Assembly: GCF_004010195.1 (NCBI RefSeq)
Contig: NC_057718.1
Coordinates: 78,356,935-78,420,934, forward strand
Source of the DNA: Chiloscyllium plagiosum
Taxonomy: Eukaryota
Direction: 5' to 3'
DNA: 64,000 bases
Part shown: piece by piece, positions 13,001-27,341 of the stretch
How positions within the stretch are numbered: position 1 is the stretch's first letter
Layout of the letters: the number at the start of each line of letters is the position of its first letter
Notes under the pieces: model-generated
Seen by the model: the letters and a program-made list of their open reading frames with translations, nothing else
Told to the model about the DNA's origin: nothing
Database searches by the model: none
Made by a program: the position numbers and the translations under genes

Positions 13001-13711
13001 TTAATTATTGACTTATGTGATACAAACACTCATCTCAACTACCACCTCATGATGTGGATGCACTATCAGTCAGGTGGGCTGCTCTGTTCTGAATGGTGTT
13101 GAGCTTTGAGTGTTGTTGAAGTAGTTCTTCTGGCAAGTGGAGAGTATTCTTTCACTTCACTTCACCCCTGACACTCCTGACTTGTGCCTTGTATGGCCTC
13201 ACTATAACTTAATCACCACATCTTGGGTAAAGATAGATGCAAAGTACTTATTGAATACCTTTAACCATGGTCCACCACTTTTGTGTAAACCTTTCTAAAA
13301 TCTCTAACCACTCCCACTTCTAATATTGCCATTATTTTGCTATTTATTTTGGTACAATCTGCCTGTAAAGCACAAAACAACACCACACTGTATCTCTGTA
13401 CATGTGACAGCAATAAATCAAACTCAAACTTTTAGATTTAGACTTATTTAACTGCCAATATACTCCTAATTGCACACTTCTGCTCCAGATGTTGTTTTCA
13501 CTTATCTGAACTGTTCAGCTAGTTCTTAATATGGTATCCACCTGACTTTTGTTTTCAGTTTCATTTTACTGTTTCTTCAACTAGGGAGGTTTGGATTTGC
13601 TTGTCTCATCTTTTATGGGCTGTGGAAATATGCTTTGACTGTATTTGAAATATATCTTTTTTACTCCATTATTGGTCCAAATTAATTGTTTTTACTCTAA
13701 ATTGTCCTAAG

Positions 13712-14490
13712 TGTTTAGATTGAAGGTTCGTTTTCAGACGTTTTGTCACCATACTAGGTAAAATCAGTGATCTTCTGCTGAAGCACTGGTGTTTTATCCT
13801 ACTTTCTATTTGTGTCTTGATTTGTTTAGGGTGGTGATATCACTTTCAGTTTTTCTGAGGATGGTAGATGGGGTCCAAATTGATGTTTATTGATAGAGTT
13901 CTGGTTAGAATACCTTCTAGGAATTTCTGACCTAGGAATACTCAGACCTCTTGACATCATGGCAGCCCACAAACCTACCAACACATTGAAATAGCTAATA
14001 AACAGAAAAGAGCAAAACAAATGTTTACAAAATGCCATGCAAGGACTGTAACAAACACTACATTGGACAAACAGGCAGAAAGCTAGTCACCAGAATACAT
14101 GAATGTCAACTAGCCACAAAAAGGCATGACCTGCTATCCCGAGTATCCTTACTTACAGACAAGGAAGGCACCACTTCAACTGGGACATCCTAGGACAGAC
14201 TAAATAGAGGTCTGCACAGGAATTCCTAGAAGCATGGCATTCTAACCAGAACTTTGTCAGTAAACACATCGTTTGGACCCCATCTACCATCTTCTGAGAA
14301 AAAGAACCGGAAATTATATCACCCACCTAAGAAACCAAGGCACACAAATAGAAAAAGGGACAAAACACCAGTGTTTCACTGATGTTACCTAGTATAGTGA
14401 TGACATGTCTGAAAAGGAACCTTCCAGCTCAGCGAGTGAACTTACATCCAAGACCTCAACCTGAGCTACATGTCTTCTCAAAAATCGCTG
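13712..14490. mobile_element. Older Penelope-like element (family C-related) with inverted arms; hammerheads decayed
   Basis: ~13712-13933 pairs with ~14217-14450; interior has YIGQTGRK-like and QEFLEAWHS-like remnants. Confidence 0.7.
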
Positions 14491-14520
14491 CCGCATGTCT
14501 TTTTATAGCCAACCCAAGCC

Positions 14521-14719
14521 CTATGATATTATGTTGGAGTGTGGGGTTTGCAGGTTAGGAAGGTGGTGCTGAATTCGATGGATTAGACTGAGACAAGGTG
14601 GGGGAGGGGAAATGAGGAAACTCCTGAAGGGCTTATGCCCGAAACGTCGATTCTCCTGTTCCCTGGATGCTGCCTGACCTGCGCTTTTCCAGCAACACAT
14701 TTTCAGCTATGATATTATG
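14521..14719. mobile_element. Short family B Penelope-derived insertion with 13-bp TSD
   Basis: ctatgatattatg at 14521-14533 and 14707-14719; inverted 5' piece followed by a 3' tail with a deleted hammerhead core. Confidence 0.75.
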
Positions 14720-15321
14720 GTCAACATACCTTAAGTGTGCTTTTACCGACAGTTGATTCACAGCATGGAAACACAGACCCTTCGGTCCAAACAGTCCATG
14801 CCGAACATAATCCCAAACAAAACTAGTTCCACCTGCCTGTTCGTGGCCCATTCACTTGAAACAACAGATCCAGCAATGCCTCCTTCCTGGTTAGGTTAAA
14901 AGGATGATACAAACATTCTCCTATTTGCAGAAAAGAGCAAGAATTTAGACTGAGTTTGTGCCATTACTCCCTGAACTATCCAATCCTTAATGGTTCTCCT
15001 TGTGAAAACTGTGCAATTTTCTTTGACTGCAGATATTTAATTAGTGATGATACAAATTTGACCCAGTTAAATAGTGGCTCACTTTTTAAAAAAAATGTTA
15101 CTGTTGATGCTGACAATCTGAAACAAGTACAGATATTGCTGGAGAAACTGATCTCCAGTATCTGTGTAGAGAAAGCAGTTAATATTTCAGGTCCATTGAC
15201 ACTTCTGCCAAGTTTCTTTGGCAATATCTGTTTTTGCTGCAAATGGTGGCAGTTTCTCTCCTAAATGTAATTGGAAGTTCATGTTTAATCTCACAATGTG
15301 TCATTTTAATTTTTTTAAAAG

Positions 15322-15452
15322 GACGCTTTACCCAGCATTTAACCTATGAAGATGGATTGATAATGATAAACTACACCAGAGGAGACACTTGCCATAAAAT
15401 TTATGAACGGTCAACTGCCATCTTGTTCTATTGTGATCACAGCCAAACACCG
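15322..15452 (+). CDS. IGF2R: IGF2R exon (~exon 28): [43 protein letters not shown]
   Basis: ttttttaaaag| acceptor, CCG|gtcagt donor, 131 bp, phase 1-0. Confidence 0.95.
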
Positions 15453-16588
15453 GTCAGTGAATTGATAATACGCAGTAATTTAGAGCTGCTGAATAGTTTT
15501 ACATTACATGAAGGTTAAAACTGCATCACCAGCATTAGAAGTGATTTCATCTGAATATATTAATGTGACTGCTCCTTTCACCTGCCACCTCCATCTTATT
15601 TTTAAAGTTTAACATTTTGGGTTCTGTGTTGTCCAATTTTGAAATAAGTTCCTTGCTAGAAAATAATTGATTTTTCATATCTTTGGAACCACTTCCTATT
15701 TGAAAAAAGCTTCTAAAATTATGTCCATAGTTAACACTTGCATTTATGATGCTTAATACCAACTACAGAACTTTGAAGTGCAAAGTGGAAAATTTAATAA
15801 CCTAGAGATTTTAAATATGCAAGTTTTAACAATGCATAAATACTATTTTATTTTACCAAATACAGAATTTATTGAATGGTTGCTCATAAAGTAGACCTCT
15901 GCCTTATTTCTTGCCATTATGTAACTGTAGAATTAAAGTAGTGCCTTTTCTTTTTCATTTGTAATGTACGGAATTCACCAACTCCATGGGTAAGGAGTTT
16001 CATTGCACTACCCAGTGTTTCTGAAAAAGAGTTGTTACTCTTAGTACTTGGAATCAAATTTACCACCAACCATCTGTGTTCTGTTTTTACTGACTTGCCT
16101 TGGTCTAAATTCTCATTTGGAGACTTGCAACCTTATTTGCTTTTCGCTAGCTCTTTGTGTTCCTTCAACAACCCATCATCATTACCATGTATAAATGTTG
16201 CAATGGCTTTCATAGTATTGAATTAAGGTAAATAGTTACCCACTATCTGTCATTACTATGGCTCCATATCTATGAATTTGAGTGAAAAGAAGGGAGAATC
16301 TGCATTGTTATGAGTAGTCTTTTCTGTTTAGCTTCTCAACACAGAATCCCACTTGAATTCTCAGTATTGATGGATGTGTTCAATGCAATTACAGTGTGAC
16401 AAATATTCAGATTAGCTGTGTCAGAAAAGAGAAAAGCAGTTAACGCTTTTATCATGTCATTTTGCCAAGGGGGAGAAAAGATTTCATTGAGTTCTGAATA
16501 GCTATTTCGAACTTGACGTGTTAACTCTGTTTCTCCACAGGTTCTGCCAGAGCTGCTGTGTTTCTCTGGTACTTGGTATATTTACATT

Positions 16589-16913
16589 GGGCGGCACGGT
16601 CGCTCAGTGGTTAGCACTGCTGCCTCACACAGCACCAGTCACCCGAGTTTGATTGCGGCCTCGGCTGGCTGTCTGAACTTTGCACATTCCCCCTGTCTCT
16701 GTGCGTGCTTCCTCCGGGTGCTCCGGTTTCCTCCCATAGTCCAAAGATGTGCCAATTCACCTGACTTGCAATGCTAAATTGCCCATAATCTTGGGTGCAT
16801 TAGTTAGGGGAATGGTTAGGGGGTGTGTTACTCTTCAGAGGGCTGGTGTGGATTTGTTGGGCCAAATCGCCTGTTCCCACACCGTTGGGAGTCTATTCAA
16901 ATTCTAATCTAAT
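16589..16913 (+). mobile_element. HE1-like tRNA-derived SINE
   Basis: gggcggcacggtcgctcagtggttagcactgctgcctcac head with Pol III A/B-like boxes, central ctccggtttcctccca core and tctaa tail. Confidence 0.85.
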
Positions 16914-17761
16914 GTGTTTCAGGACATTTTCAAATTAGTTTAGTCATTGCAGTGCTTCTTGCATTAAGAGCAATTAAGTAAATTATCAGAAGATCAACTT
17001 CAGTTATTGGTTAAAGATTTTTTTTTAAAAATTAAGCCGGGCCCTATTGACCCCTCCTGACTTCTCATTTTGAAGGGCAATGAGATCTATTTTGCCCAAA
17101 TTATAGGATAGACATAGCTTTGGTTTAGTCCCTCACTGTACAAACTGTTAGTTTACATTTATGTTCATTTCTCTGGAGTGTAGCTTCAACCTGACCGCTG
17201 CATGACTCTGGAAAATATGTGGACCTCTTATCCAAAGCTGACTGGAGTGATTGAAGATGTAACTGTAAATAAAGCAGACTAACCAGTGAGATTAAATTCT
17301 TAGAACTATCCCTTTTGTCTGGAGCACTCAAAGACATCTTTTGAGGCTTCATTTAAGGTGGGGGGAATTTTGACGTTTTGAAGTTTAATTTTTCCAACCA
17401 GGCTAGACTTTGTTTCAGAGATGCAGGTTTAGCCCCCAGTGGAGTCCTGTTTTGCTTTTAATGGGAAAGGCCTAGGGCAACTAAATACCTGACGAGCAAT
17501 TAACAGCTACCAATGGGCCTCCCATATGATTAAGGACCCTAGAAGGCAGACATCCTGATCCTCAAGGGCTGCCAGCTAATCAAAGTTTGCAAGCTCTGCA
17601 TTGCTGGCATTCTCACTGGGTGAGGTAGCTGCTAGTGGGGGTATTGCACCCAGAATCACCACTGGACTCTAGGACACAGATATAAGGATGGCATAAGGTT
17701 CACCAACAAAGGGGATGTATAGGGTGTGTGTTGATTTTGAGCCATTTAAAATAGCATTATT

Positions 17762-17802
17762 CTCCCTCCCTCTCTCTCCCTCCCTCCCTCCCTCCCTCCC
17801 TC
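17762..17802 (+). repeat. (CCCT)n/(CT)n microsatellite running into an assembly gap
   Basis: Visible in sequence. Confidence 0.9.
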
Positions 17803-18725
17803 NNNNNNNNNNNNNNNNNNNNNNNNNNNNNNNNNNNNNNNNNNNNNNNNNNNNNNNNNNNNNNNNNNNNNNNNNNNNNNNNNNNNNNNNNNNNNNNNNN
17901 NNNNNNNNNNNNNNNNNNNNNNNNNNNNNNNNNNNNNNNNNNNNNNNNNNNNNNNNNNNNNNNNNNNNNNNNNNNNCTCCTCCCCCTCATCTTTGCAATG
18001 TTGTATGTCTTTTAAATTTGGTACTATCCTTAATTTGTTTCATCAACCATTGTATTATTCCCTTTCTTAGAATCCTTCTTTTGTCACTGGGGTACACTTT
18101 TTTTTTTTTGTTGAGTCATGAACTTTTTTCAACTTATGTCATAGTTCGTTCGTCACCTTTTTCTGCTAATCTCCTTTCCTAGTCCACTCCTGCCAACTCT
18201 GCATTCATTATTTCATAATGACCTTTATTCAAGTTTAGCACAATTGCTTCCGACTGAAGTTTTCTCACTGTCATCTAGATGTTCTAGTGAGTCACCAAAC
18301 ACAAGTATACAGGTACAGCAAGTGATTAAGAAGGCTCATGAAATGCTATCCTTTATTATAATAGGAGTTGAACATAAATGCTGTGCTTTAAGTATTGAGG
18401 GCATTTGAGAGACCACCTCTCTTACTGTTCAGTTTTGGCCTCGTGTCTGTATCGATTGGGATCCCACAGGGATCAGTGTTGGAGTTGCTGTTTGTATTTG
18501 ATATAAGTGGTTTTGACTTGAACGTAGGAGGGTTGATCAGTAATTTCGCAGGTAATGCAGTAATTGTTGGGTAGTAAATAGTGAACAGGATAGCCTTGGA
18601 GTACAAGAGGATATAGTCAGGCTGGTTAGATAGTCTGATCTACAGCAAATGGAATTGAATTCCATGATCAGTGTGAGGTGCAGCACTTGGGCAGATGAAA
18701 CAAAGCAAGGGAGCACTTGAAAAAC

Positions 18726-19470
18726 CTTCCACCCTTCCAACCTTCGCATAAACCAAATCATCTGCCGACATTTCTGCCACCTCCAAACAGACCCCACCAC
18801 CAGGGATATATTTCCCTCCCCACCCCTTTCCGCCTTCCGCAAAGACCGTTCCCTCTGTGACTACCTGGTCAGGTCCACACCTCCCAACAACCCACTCTCC
18901 CGTCCTGGCACCTTCCCCTGCCACTGCAGGAATTGCAAAACCTGCACCCACGCCGCCTCCCTCACTTCCATCCAAAGCCCCAAAGGAGCCTTCCACATCC
19001 ATCAAAGTTTTATCTGCACATCCACTAATATCATTTATTGTATCCGTTGCTCCCATTGCAGTCTCCTCTACATTGGGGAGACTGGACGCCTCCTAGCAGA
19101 GCGCTTTAGGGAACATCTCCGAGACACCNNNNNNNNNNNNNNNNNNNNNNNNNNNNNNNNNNNNNNNNNNNNNNNNNNNNNNNNNNNNNNNNNNNNNNNN
19201 NNNNNNNNNNNNNNNNNNNNNNNNNNNNNNNNNNNNNNNNNNNNNNNNNNNNNNNNNNNNNNNNNNNNNNNNNNNNTCTCATTTATCTCCCCACCCCCAC
19301 CCTCTTCTCATTTATCTCTCCACCCTACAGGCACTCTATTCCTGATGAGTGGCTTTTGCCCGAAACGTCGATTTCCCTGCTCCTCAGATGTTGCCTGAAC
19401 TGCTGTGCTTTTCCAGCACCACTCTAATCCAGAATCTGGTTTCTAGCATCTGCAGTCATTGTTCTTATCC
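18726..19470 (+). mobile_element. Penelope-like family B fragment (GIY-YIG and 3' end with hammerhead motif at 19338-19373), gapped
   Basis: Highly similar to 4130-4520; encodes IYCIRCSHCSLLYIGETGRLLAERFREH. Confidence 0.85.
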
Positions 19471-19589
19471 TGTTTTTATCTATACATGAAAAAACAGTAG
19501 GGCCCATGGGGAAAGAGGATTAGAGAGACTTCTTGGTGAAGGAGTCAATGACCAAGGGGCTGAGAGAGATCTTTCAGATAATGAGCGAA

Positions 19590-20740
19590 ACTGATGAGTA
19601 GTGGAAAATAACCTCTTCAGCAATCGCAGTAGCACAAGTCCGAGGTGGAAATAGAATCCTGAAATACAGTTCTTAAAGTAACCTCTTTATACACCGTTCT
19701 TACATAGCTGTCCTCACTGTCTTGTCGAAGGGGAATTTGCTTTCATACTTCTGGGGTAGGCACATCAATCCTGCTTCTGTGTCTAAAAGGCATTCAGTGT
19801 CCCAAGTCCCTCATCCTCAAAGCAAGTGGGAGTGTAGAGGGGCATGGATGGGCTCTTTCAGTTTTTGTCAAATTCAACAGCTCCTAATGGTCGGTTTTCT
19901 TAAAAAAAAAAAAAGGAAATTGGTCTTGCTCCCAGGGTCTCCTCTTCCTCATTGTCCATTAGGTGACTTTTTCCTTTCGGCTAACACCCAATGGCCGGTC
20001 TGCCCACAGAAGTGACATTTTCTCTGGGTATTTGTCTTGTCTTCCTCAGACTACTGGGGGATTGTCCTATTGTCCTGCTTGTTGGGCGCTCAATTCAGCG
20101 CCCATATCTCAGCTGAGCTGACTGCCTCAGTTCACCAATTTATTGTAATGATCCCCCTCTACTCCTGGTCCAGTTTGGTCAACTTTGACATTTTAGTGAG
20201 CTCAGATTTAAATCTGGCTACAAAAGAAGACTTCAGTTGGCCATAGTCGCAGCCTTAAATCCCAGTTATCCTGTACATTTGGGACTTCAGCATATTCTTT
20301 CCAGGTTGTCCTAAATGTTTGCTCATAGTCTTCTGTGGGTTTTTGACGCAAGCTGTGAATTTTGTTTTTGTCCAGTCGGTCTTATGTGGGCTATACCCTG
20401 TAACCAATGTTTTATTGCTATCCAGCCAGCTTGCAGCTCCTGCTCATACTCTCCAAGAGCACCCCTGACTGCCTCATGGAGGAGGTGTCCTTCTCCTTTA
20501 GTAGCAATCGCATTCAGAATTTGTACCCCATCTCAAAGATGAAGCATATATATTCCCTTGAACTGTCTAGGCTTTTCCACGTCTTCATTGGCCCCTTCTT
20601 TTGGGTGACTCCTTTTTTCTTTAGAACAATTTCAATATTCTCTGGCTGCAGGTCAGTCTGTAGTACTGAAACATCCACCTCAGTGCTGTCCTCTATCTCT
20701 GACCACTTTTCTCTCTTTATGACTCCTTAAAACCAGGGAA
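19590..20740 (-). mobile_element. Degenerate LTR-retroelement gag-protease remnant
   Basis: Minus strand has zinc knuckle KCHFCGQTGHW (~19985-20020) followed by aspartic-protease-like ECLLDTEAGLMCLP (~19755-19800). Confidence 0.5.
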
Positions 20741-23700
20741 GTAAAAGTGGTACTAGGGATATACAGTCCTTATCACTTTCACTGCTAGAGTTCTTCTGTT
20801 TGAGTGGGTTGTCTTATGAGGAAAAAATTACACAGTCTGATCTTGTCATCGAAGTTTAGAAGACTGGGGATGATTGAGTTGAAGTTAGTGTGATCTTGAA
20901 TGGTCTGGATGAGGTGGACTTTGAAAAACAAATTTCCCTTTGTTTGCACACGAGAGTAAACATAATTTCCAAGGGATTGTGGGACTTTAGAACTCTTGCC
21001 CCAGAAGATGTTGGAGGTGAGTTCATTGAATAATTTTAATGCACAGGTAGATTTGTTAGTAAAGAGAATTGAATGTTTTCTGAGAGATGGATATGATTTC
21101 AGAACACAAGTAAATCAGCTGGAATGTTGTTAAATGGCCGAGGAGTCTCAAATGGCCCAGGCTCTCAATCTGCATCATATTTTTATATGTATTAAGAGGA
21201 ATGGCTCAGAGGTGCTATGTAGAAGGAAGATCGTTCCAATACTGCTGTGCTTTTTTTTAAAGCAGTGGTTTCAGCATTGGGTTGAAATGAGTACTGAGTT
21301 TCTCTTGTAGGACAACTTCACTGAATTAGTCTATGGTAAAATCTTAAGTTAAATCACAAGGGAATCCCGACAAATTCAAGTGAAAGAGCTTTGTGGAATG
21401 CAAAGTGCCTCCAGGTGACAGCCATCTAACAGTTTAACTGAAAGCAGAAAAACTGAAGGGTAATTACAATATCACATTCTTATATTGAATAGAATTTGCA
21501 GGTTTTAAATGTGCAAGGATTCAGAGTATTTCCCACTGACATTTTAATATTCTACATTCCAAAAACGCCACCATCTCCAACCACTGCCAGCTCACCACCA
21601 GGGCAGTTTAAAAAAAGGTGAACTTTCAATAGCAAGTGGGAAAGCGATTGAGGTATATGTAGTGCCAGTGTCTTGTTGGAAAATGATCGAAACGTTCTGC
21701 CTTTTTTCAACTTGCAATTGTGCAACAGGGGCTTTTTGTTACACATTATATGTTCACACAAAGTGGTTTAGTAAGGCAGCTAGTCCAATATTACCCATTT
21801 AAATTCAGCTATTCCAGAGGGTCTAAACAAATGTTTGGTTTATCACAAGTAATTGGGATTTGATACCATACTACCAGAACAGGCTGGTGACTTTGTCATA
21901 ATCAGAATTTTCTTATCTGATTCCTAACACTCTTTCACTGTACCCTTTTTCAGGTGTCACTATAACTGTGTTGTGGATAAATCACCACAAGCTAACTTTA
22001 ATTTGGCTACCCATTAGGGAACTTCTTAGATAATCAAGTACTGAAACAATGACTTAACTTTAATTGCATGTAGAAGCAAAATAAGATCCCTCAAGTAAGC
22101 AAGTTAAGCCTCACAATTCAACTTATCAGATTTAATGGTGGAATTTAGCTACAATTCCAGCCAGCAGTAGTTTGTCTCAGTTGAGATCTGATCCTTTTGC
22201 AGTGTTCTTTGAAGTTCTGCTCCTGAGGAATCCTGGAGTAGAATTTTCTTGTCCTTCAGGTCTTTGGTGTGACATTATTGATCATCTTTTAGGTTCTTTC
22301 ACCTAAAATTGGTTAATCTTCTGGAGTCCTTGAGTCTGCAGCTTGCTTTCTCAGAAGTAATGCCTCTGTTCCTTTCTCACATTTATTCTTTACTGTCCAT
22401 TTGAAGACCAAGCCTGTCCTGCAATTAACTCAAATTTTCCAGGTCAGTCATTTGTCCTTAAGGCAGCCCGCTATCAAACAGGTGTCAAAACAGTTTTGCT
22501 TATGTAGCCTCCACTCCCTTTTTCCTGGGCGTGGCTAATTGCTTTCAATTTCTGTACAAGTTTGTCTGGAATAAACTATTAAAGGAAGAGTTGTTGCTGC
22601 TGCTTTCAATCTGAGTAGCTATTAAAATTCTGAAGTTTGTGTCACAGTTCCTTAACTTGAGTGTTAATTTATAGTCTGCTAATTGAGGTATAATCACTTA
22701 CTGGGAAGATGTAAGGTTTTGAGGTTGGCAATGTTTTCAACTGGAGGATACGTTTTCATGTCATTCTATCAATTGTGAAGATTCCTGAATGTAGCAAATA
22801 TGACAGAGTTCTGAATTATTAAAAATGCCATGAGTTTAATCCCCTGGGATGAAAACCAACAAATCAACTCAAAGCACTTAGGATTTGGTCTTGACACTGA
22901 AATGGAAAATTGTTGACCGTCTCTCCATTTTATCCTGTTTCTGTCTCTAACAATTCAAACACTGCTTATCTGTGCAACCTCAAATCTCCCTGGTTATGAC
23001 CAATGTTTGTGGCAATCCAGTTTGAGCATTGTTAGGTCAAAATTGCTTCCACAGGAGATGGACTTTGTGGGCTGTGCATCTTATAACCCTTTTCCACATC
23101 ATAGCGCTTTTGGAAGTAAATGTAAAATTAAGTTCAGTTGGAATTAGTCATCTTACAGATTCTCCACCTGAGAGTCAATTTATTTCTTTTTCAATAGATT
23201 TGGCATTCGGAAAACTCTGCTTGTTATCTCTACATGAGTACATAGAAATAATGACATGACTATTGTTAATTTTGCTGCATGTCATTTGGACTGCTGCTAT
23301 AGTTTGCAACTGCTGCGAAGGAGGTATCTCTTAAGTGCAAAGGTTTCACAAGTGCTGGAAATATGAAAAATTCTAGCAAAACAGTCATTCTGTATTTCGA
23401 CAGATGCTGGCTGACCTGAATATTTCCAACATTGTTTTTAAGTGTCACCTCTACTGTATGAAATGCTGTTAAGAGATTACCACTTTTTAAAAACTGCACT
23501 CATTAGAATGCTGGGCCAGCACTTATTTCCCATTTTCCAGTTACCCTTGATGGAAGGTGCTGGTGAGCTGTCAGGGATGGTAATACTATTGGATATCAAG
23601 GGGTAATGGTTAGATTCCCTGTTGGAGATGGCCATTGATTGGCACTTGTGCAGTACAAATGTTATTTGGCAACCCAAACCTAGATATTGTCCAGGCCTTG

Positions 23701-24479
23701 CTGTATTTGGGTATGAACTGCTTCAGTGTCCGAGCAGTTAGAAGTAGTGTTGGTCATTGTGTGATCATCAACAAGCATACCTTGATGATGGAGGGAAGGT
23801 CATTGAAGCAGCAGAAGTTGGTTGGCCTGAGGGCATGACTGCTCCTATTCCTTCGAGAAGGTGAGGACTGCAGATGTTGGAGATCAGATTCGAAGAGTGT
23901 AGTGCTAGAAAAGCACAGCCGGTCAGGCAGCATCTGAGGAGCAAGAGAATCGATGTTTTGGGCATAAGCCCTTTGTCAGGAATGAGATTACGTTTGTTTA
24001 ATCTTTTATAAAAAGCATAGCACTTAACATTAAGCACACAAAATAAATACCTACAGCTAAACTCTTCATTTACAATAGTAAGCTTTACGTTTGGGCTATG
24101 TTATGAATAATGTATAAAAATCTTGATTATTCTTCACATTGTATAATCTTCATAATTCCCAAATGATACCTCGTATTTGAACACCTGCTTAAAGTGCTAA
24201 TAAAGCTTTCCAAGTGTAGGGAGATGAAAATACTGCTCTACTGTCAATCTTATCAGAAGACTTGCATTGTCTATACCTTAAACCTTGCACCTTTCTCAAC
24301 CTCAGGATTTCCAAGTGCTTTATAGCCAGTTATTTATTTCTGTAGTGTAGTAGTATGTCATAGGAAGTTTAGAAATCAATTTGTACATAATATATATAAA
24401 TTGAGATCTCGTACTGTTATTTGAGGCATTGATATTAGCTAGGACATAAAGGGTTCCCATGTTCTTCAGAATGCAATAG

Positions 24480-26180
24480 TTGGCCCAATGGACTGCATCC
24501 TAAAGTTCTGAGGGAGGTGGCTGGAAAAAATAGTGGAGGCGTTGGTTGTAATCTTTCAAAAATCACAAGTCAGGGCAAGTCCCAGATGATTGGAACATCG
24601 CTGTTGAAACCCCCTTGTTCAAGAAAGGATCAAGACAAAAGATGAAACATTATAGGCAGATTAGCCTAACCTCAGTTGTATGTAAAATTCTAGAATCTCT
24701 CGTTAAGGATGTCTTTTCTAAATTCTTGGAAGTGCAGGGTTTGATTAGAACAAGTCAGCATGGATTTAGTAAGAAGAGGTCGTGCCTGACAAACCTGTTA
24801 GATTTCTTCGAAGAGGTAACACATAGGTTAGACCAGAAAAACCCAGTGGATGTTAGCTACCTAAACTTCCAAAAGGCCTTTGATAAGGTGCCTCACAGGA
24901 GGCTGCTGAGTAAGGTGTGGGCCCGTGATGTTCAAGATAAGCTACTGGCATGGATTGAGGATTCGCTGTCTGACAGCAGGCAGAGAGTTGGGATAAAAAG
25001 TTCTTTTTCGGAATGGCAGCTGGTGACAAGTGGTGTCCTGCAGGGTTCAGTGTTGCGGCCCCAGCTGTTCACTTGATATATAAATGATCTGGACTAAGGG
25101 ACTGGGGGCATTCTGGTGATGTTCACAGATGGTACAAAGTTAGGCGGACAGGCAAGTAGTTCTCAGGAGGCGGGAAGGCTGTAGAAAGATTTTGGTAAAA
25201 ACAATGACTGCAGATGCTGGAAACCGGAGTCGAGATTAGAGTGGGGCTGGAAAAGCACAGCAGGTCAGACAGCATCCGAGGAGCAGGAAAATCGACATTT
25301 TGGGCAAAAGCCCTTCATCAGGAATAGAGAAAGATTTAGACTGTTTGTTTGAGATTGGTCCAAGAAATGTCTGAAATTCAATGTGAACAAATGTGAGGTT
25401 TTGCACTTCAGGAAAAAGAATACAGGGACAGACTATTTTCTAAACGGTGAGAAAATTCCAAAAGCCAAAGTACAAAGGGACCTGTGAGTGCTAGTCCAGG
25501 ATTCTCTAAAGGTTGCCTTGCAGGTTGAGTCCATGATTAAGAAAGCAAATGTAATGTTGTCATTTACCTTGAGTGTTGGAATATAAAAGCAGTGATATGC
25601 TTCTGAGATTTTATCAAGCTTTAGTTAGGCCCCATTTAGAATAGAGTCCAGTTCTGAGCCCCACGTCAGGAAGGACATGCTGGCACTGGAGCATGTCCAG
25701 TGGGGAGATTCACATGGATGATCCCTGGAATGGTTGGCCTAACATACGATGAATGGCTGAGGATCCTGGAATTGTATTCATTAGAGTTTCGAAGGTTATG
25801 GGGAGATCTAATTGAAATTTACAAGGTAATGCTTGGCTTAGAAAGCATGGACACTGGGAATTTGTTTCCATCGGGCAGGGATACTAGGACCTGTGGCCAC
25901 AGCCTTAAAATTAGAGGGCGTCAAATTAGAACGGAAACGGGGAGACATTTCAGCCAGTGTGGTGGGCCTGTGGAATTCATTGTCGCGGAGCCCAGTGGAG
26001 GCTGGGATGGTAAATGTCTTCAAAGCAGAGATTGATAAATTCTTAATCACGCAAGGAATTAAGGGATATGGGAAAAGTGCAGTGAGTAGTGTTGAAATGC
26101 CCATCAGCCATGATTGAATGGCGGAGTGGATTTGATGGGCTGACTGGCCTTACTTCCACTCCTGTGTCTTATGGACTCTT
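24480..26180 (+). mobile_element. 5'-truncated CR1 LINE (RT domain to 3' end), with a short family B insertion at 25183-25337
   Basis: Motifs FKKGSRQ..YRQISLTSVVCKILE, QHGF..RSCLTNLLDFFE, FQKAFDKVPH, SGVLQGSVL; in-frame stops present. Confidence 0.92.
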
Positions 26181-27341
26181 ACATTCACCTGAGGTCAGGT
26201 AAACACTTCATCCAAATGCAAGTATTTTCAAAACATGCACAAGTGTAGATTTTTTGCTTTTTTTTATTCCAAAATTTAAGTGTATACTTGTAAAGTCCTT
26301 GCTACTCTGTTTTTGCTTTGTTTGTAAATTTAACTGATGGCTAACCACAAAATGTATTCCATTAAATACGACATTGAACTTGTATGTCGCTAAGTTCCCA
26401 TGTTTAAGTGCTCTCTGTTGGTACTGGCTGGGATGACTTTGAAGTATTCCATGTGATAGAGAATTTGTGGAATAATGGAGATGTTTTGATAAATGGCATT
26501 TTTATAAGTGAAAGATATTTTTATATTTGACCTCTGACTAACCGTTGTCAGTTAAAGATCAGGGCAGCCCAGATGAAGGGTTAAGCCTGAAATGTTGACA
26601 CACTTGCTACTCATGCTGCCTGACCTGCTGTGCTTTTGTCAGTGCCACACTTTACCGACTGAGTTCTCCAGCACCTGCAGTCCTTACTATTTCCTCTGAT
26701 TAACCTTTGCCTTGGAAAAGGAAAATCTGGATTCTTTCCAATTGATGAAAATGTGTCACCATGTGAAAGGAGCTAGTTCTGCTGCCATATTAATAGTCTG
26801 GAAACATCTCCTGGCCTCTAATCCAATGGCATTTGGAAGAGTTTTTAAAGAACTTTCAGTGCCCCTGTGTCTGTACCTGAGTGAGAGTCAGTGGAGTGTT
26901 AAACAATTCTATCACAATTGCCACTAGATCAGTTAAGTCTCAGATGCTTCACTTCCCCTGCTCTATTCTCTTCCACTCCCACTCCCACACTAACCGTGTC
27001 TCTGCTCGCTAAATTGGATCCACTGTATTGTATACTTTCTGTAATTTTCCATGACATAAGTATAAGGTGCTGTTAATGCCCTGGTCTCAGCTTATTTTTA
27101 ATAAACCTTAATAACAAGAGCAAATAAGTGTAAATTTGTGGAATAAATGTACACTATAAAAGATTATTTTGAGAATTAAGTCAATCAAATTTATGATATG
27201 CTATGCATCAGACCAACTATCATTTAGCATTTGTGAATGATATTTGGCTTGTTTCAGACTGAGGGGGGGGCGTGAGAAGAAAGTTATGAAGTGTAAATAT
27301 TTGTCTGAGAGCAACGGCTGTTAAATTGACACCATAAATAG

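Noticed and set aside
16011..16045. ccagtgtttctgaaaaag (PVFLK) resembling the start of the next IGF2R exon
   Set aside because: It has no acceptor in phase and reaches an early stop; the real exon is at 32407-32510
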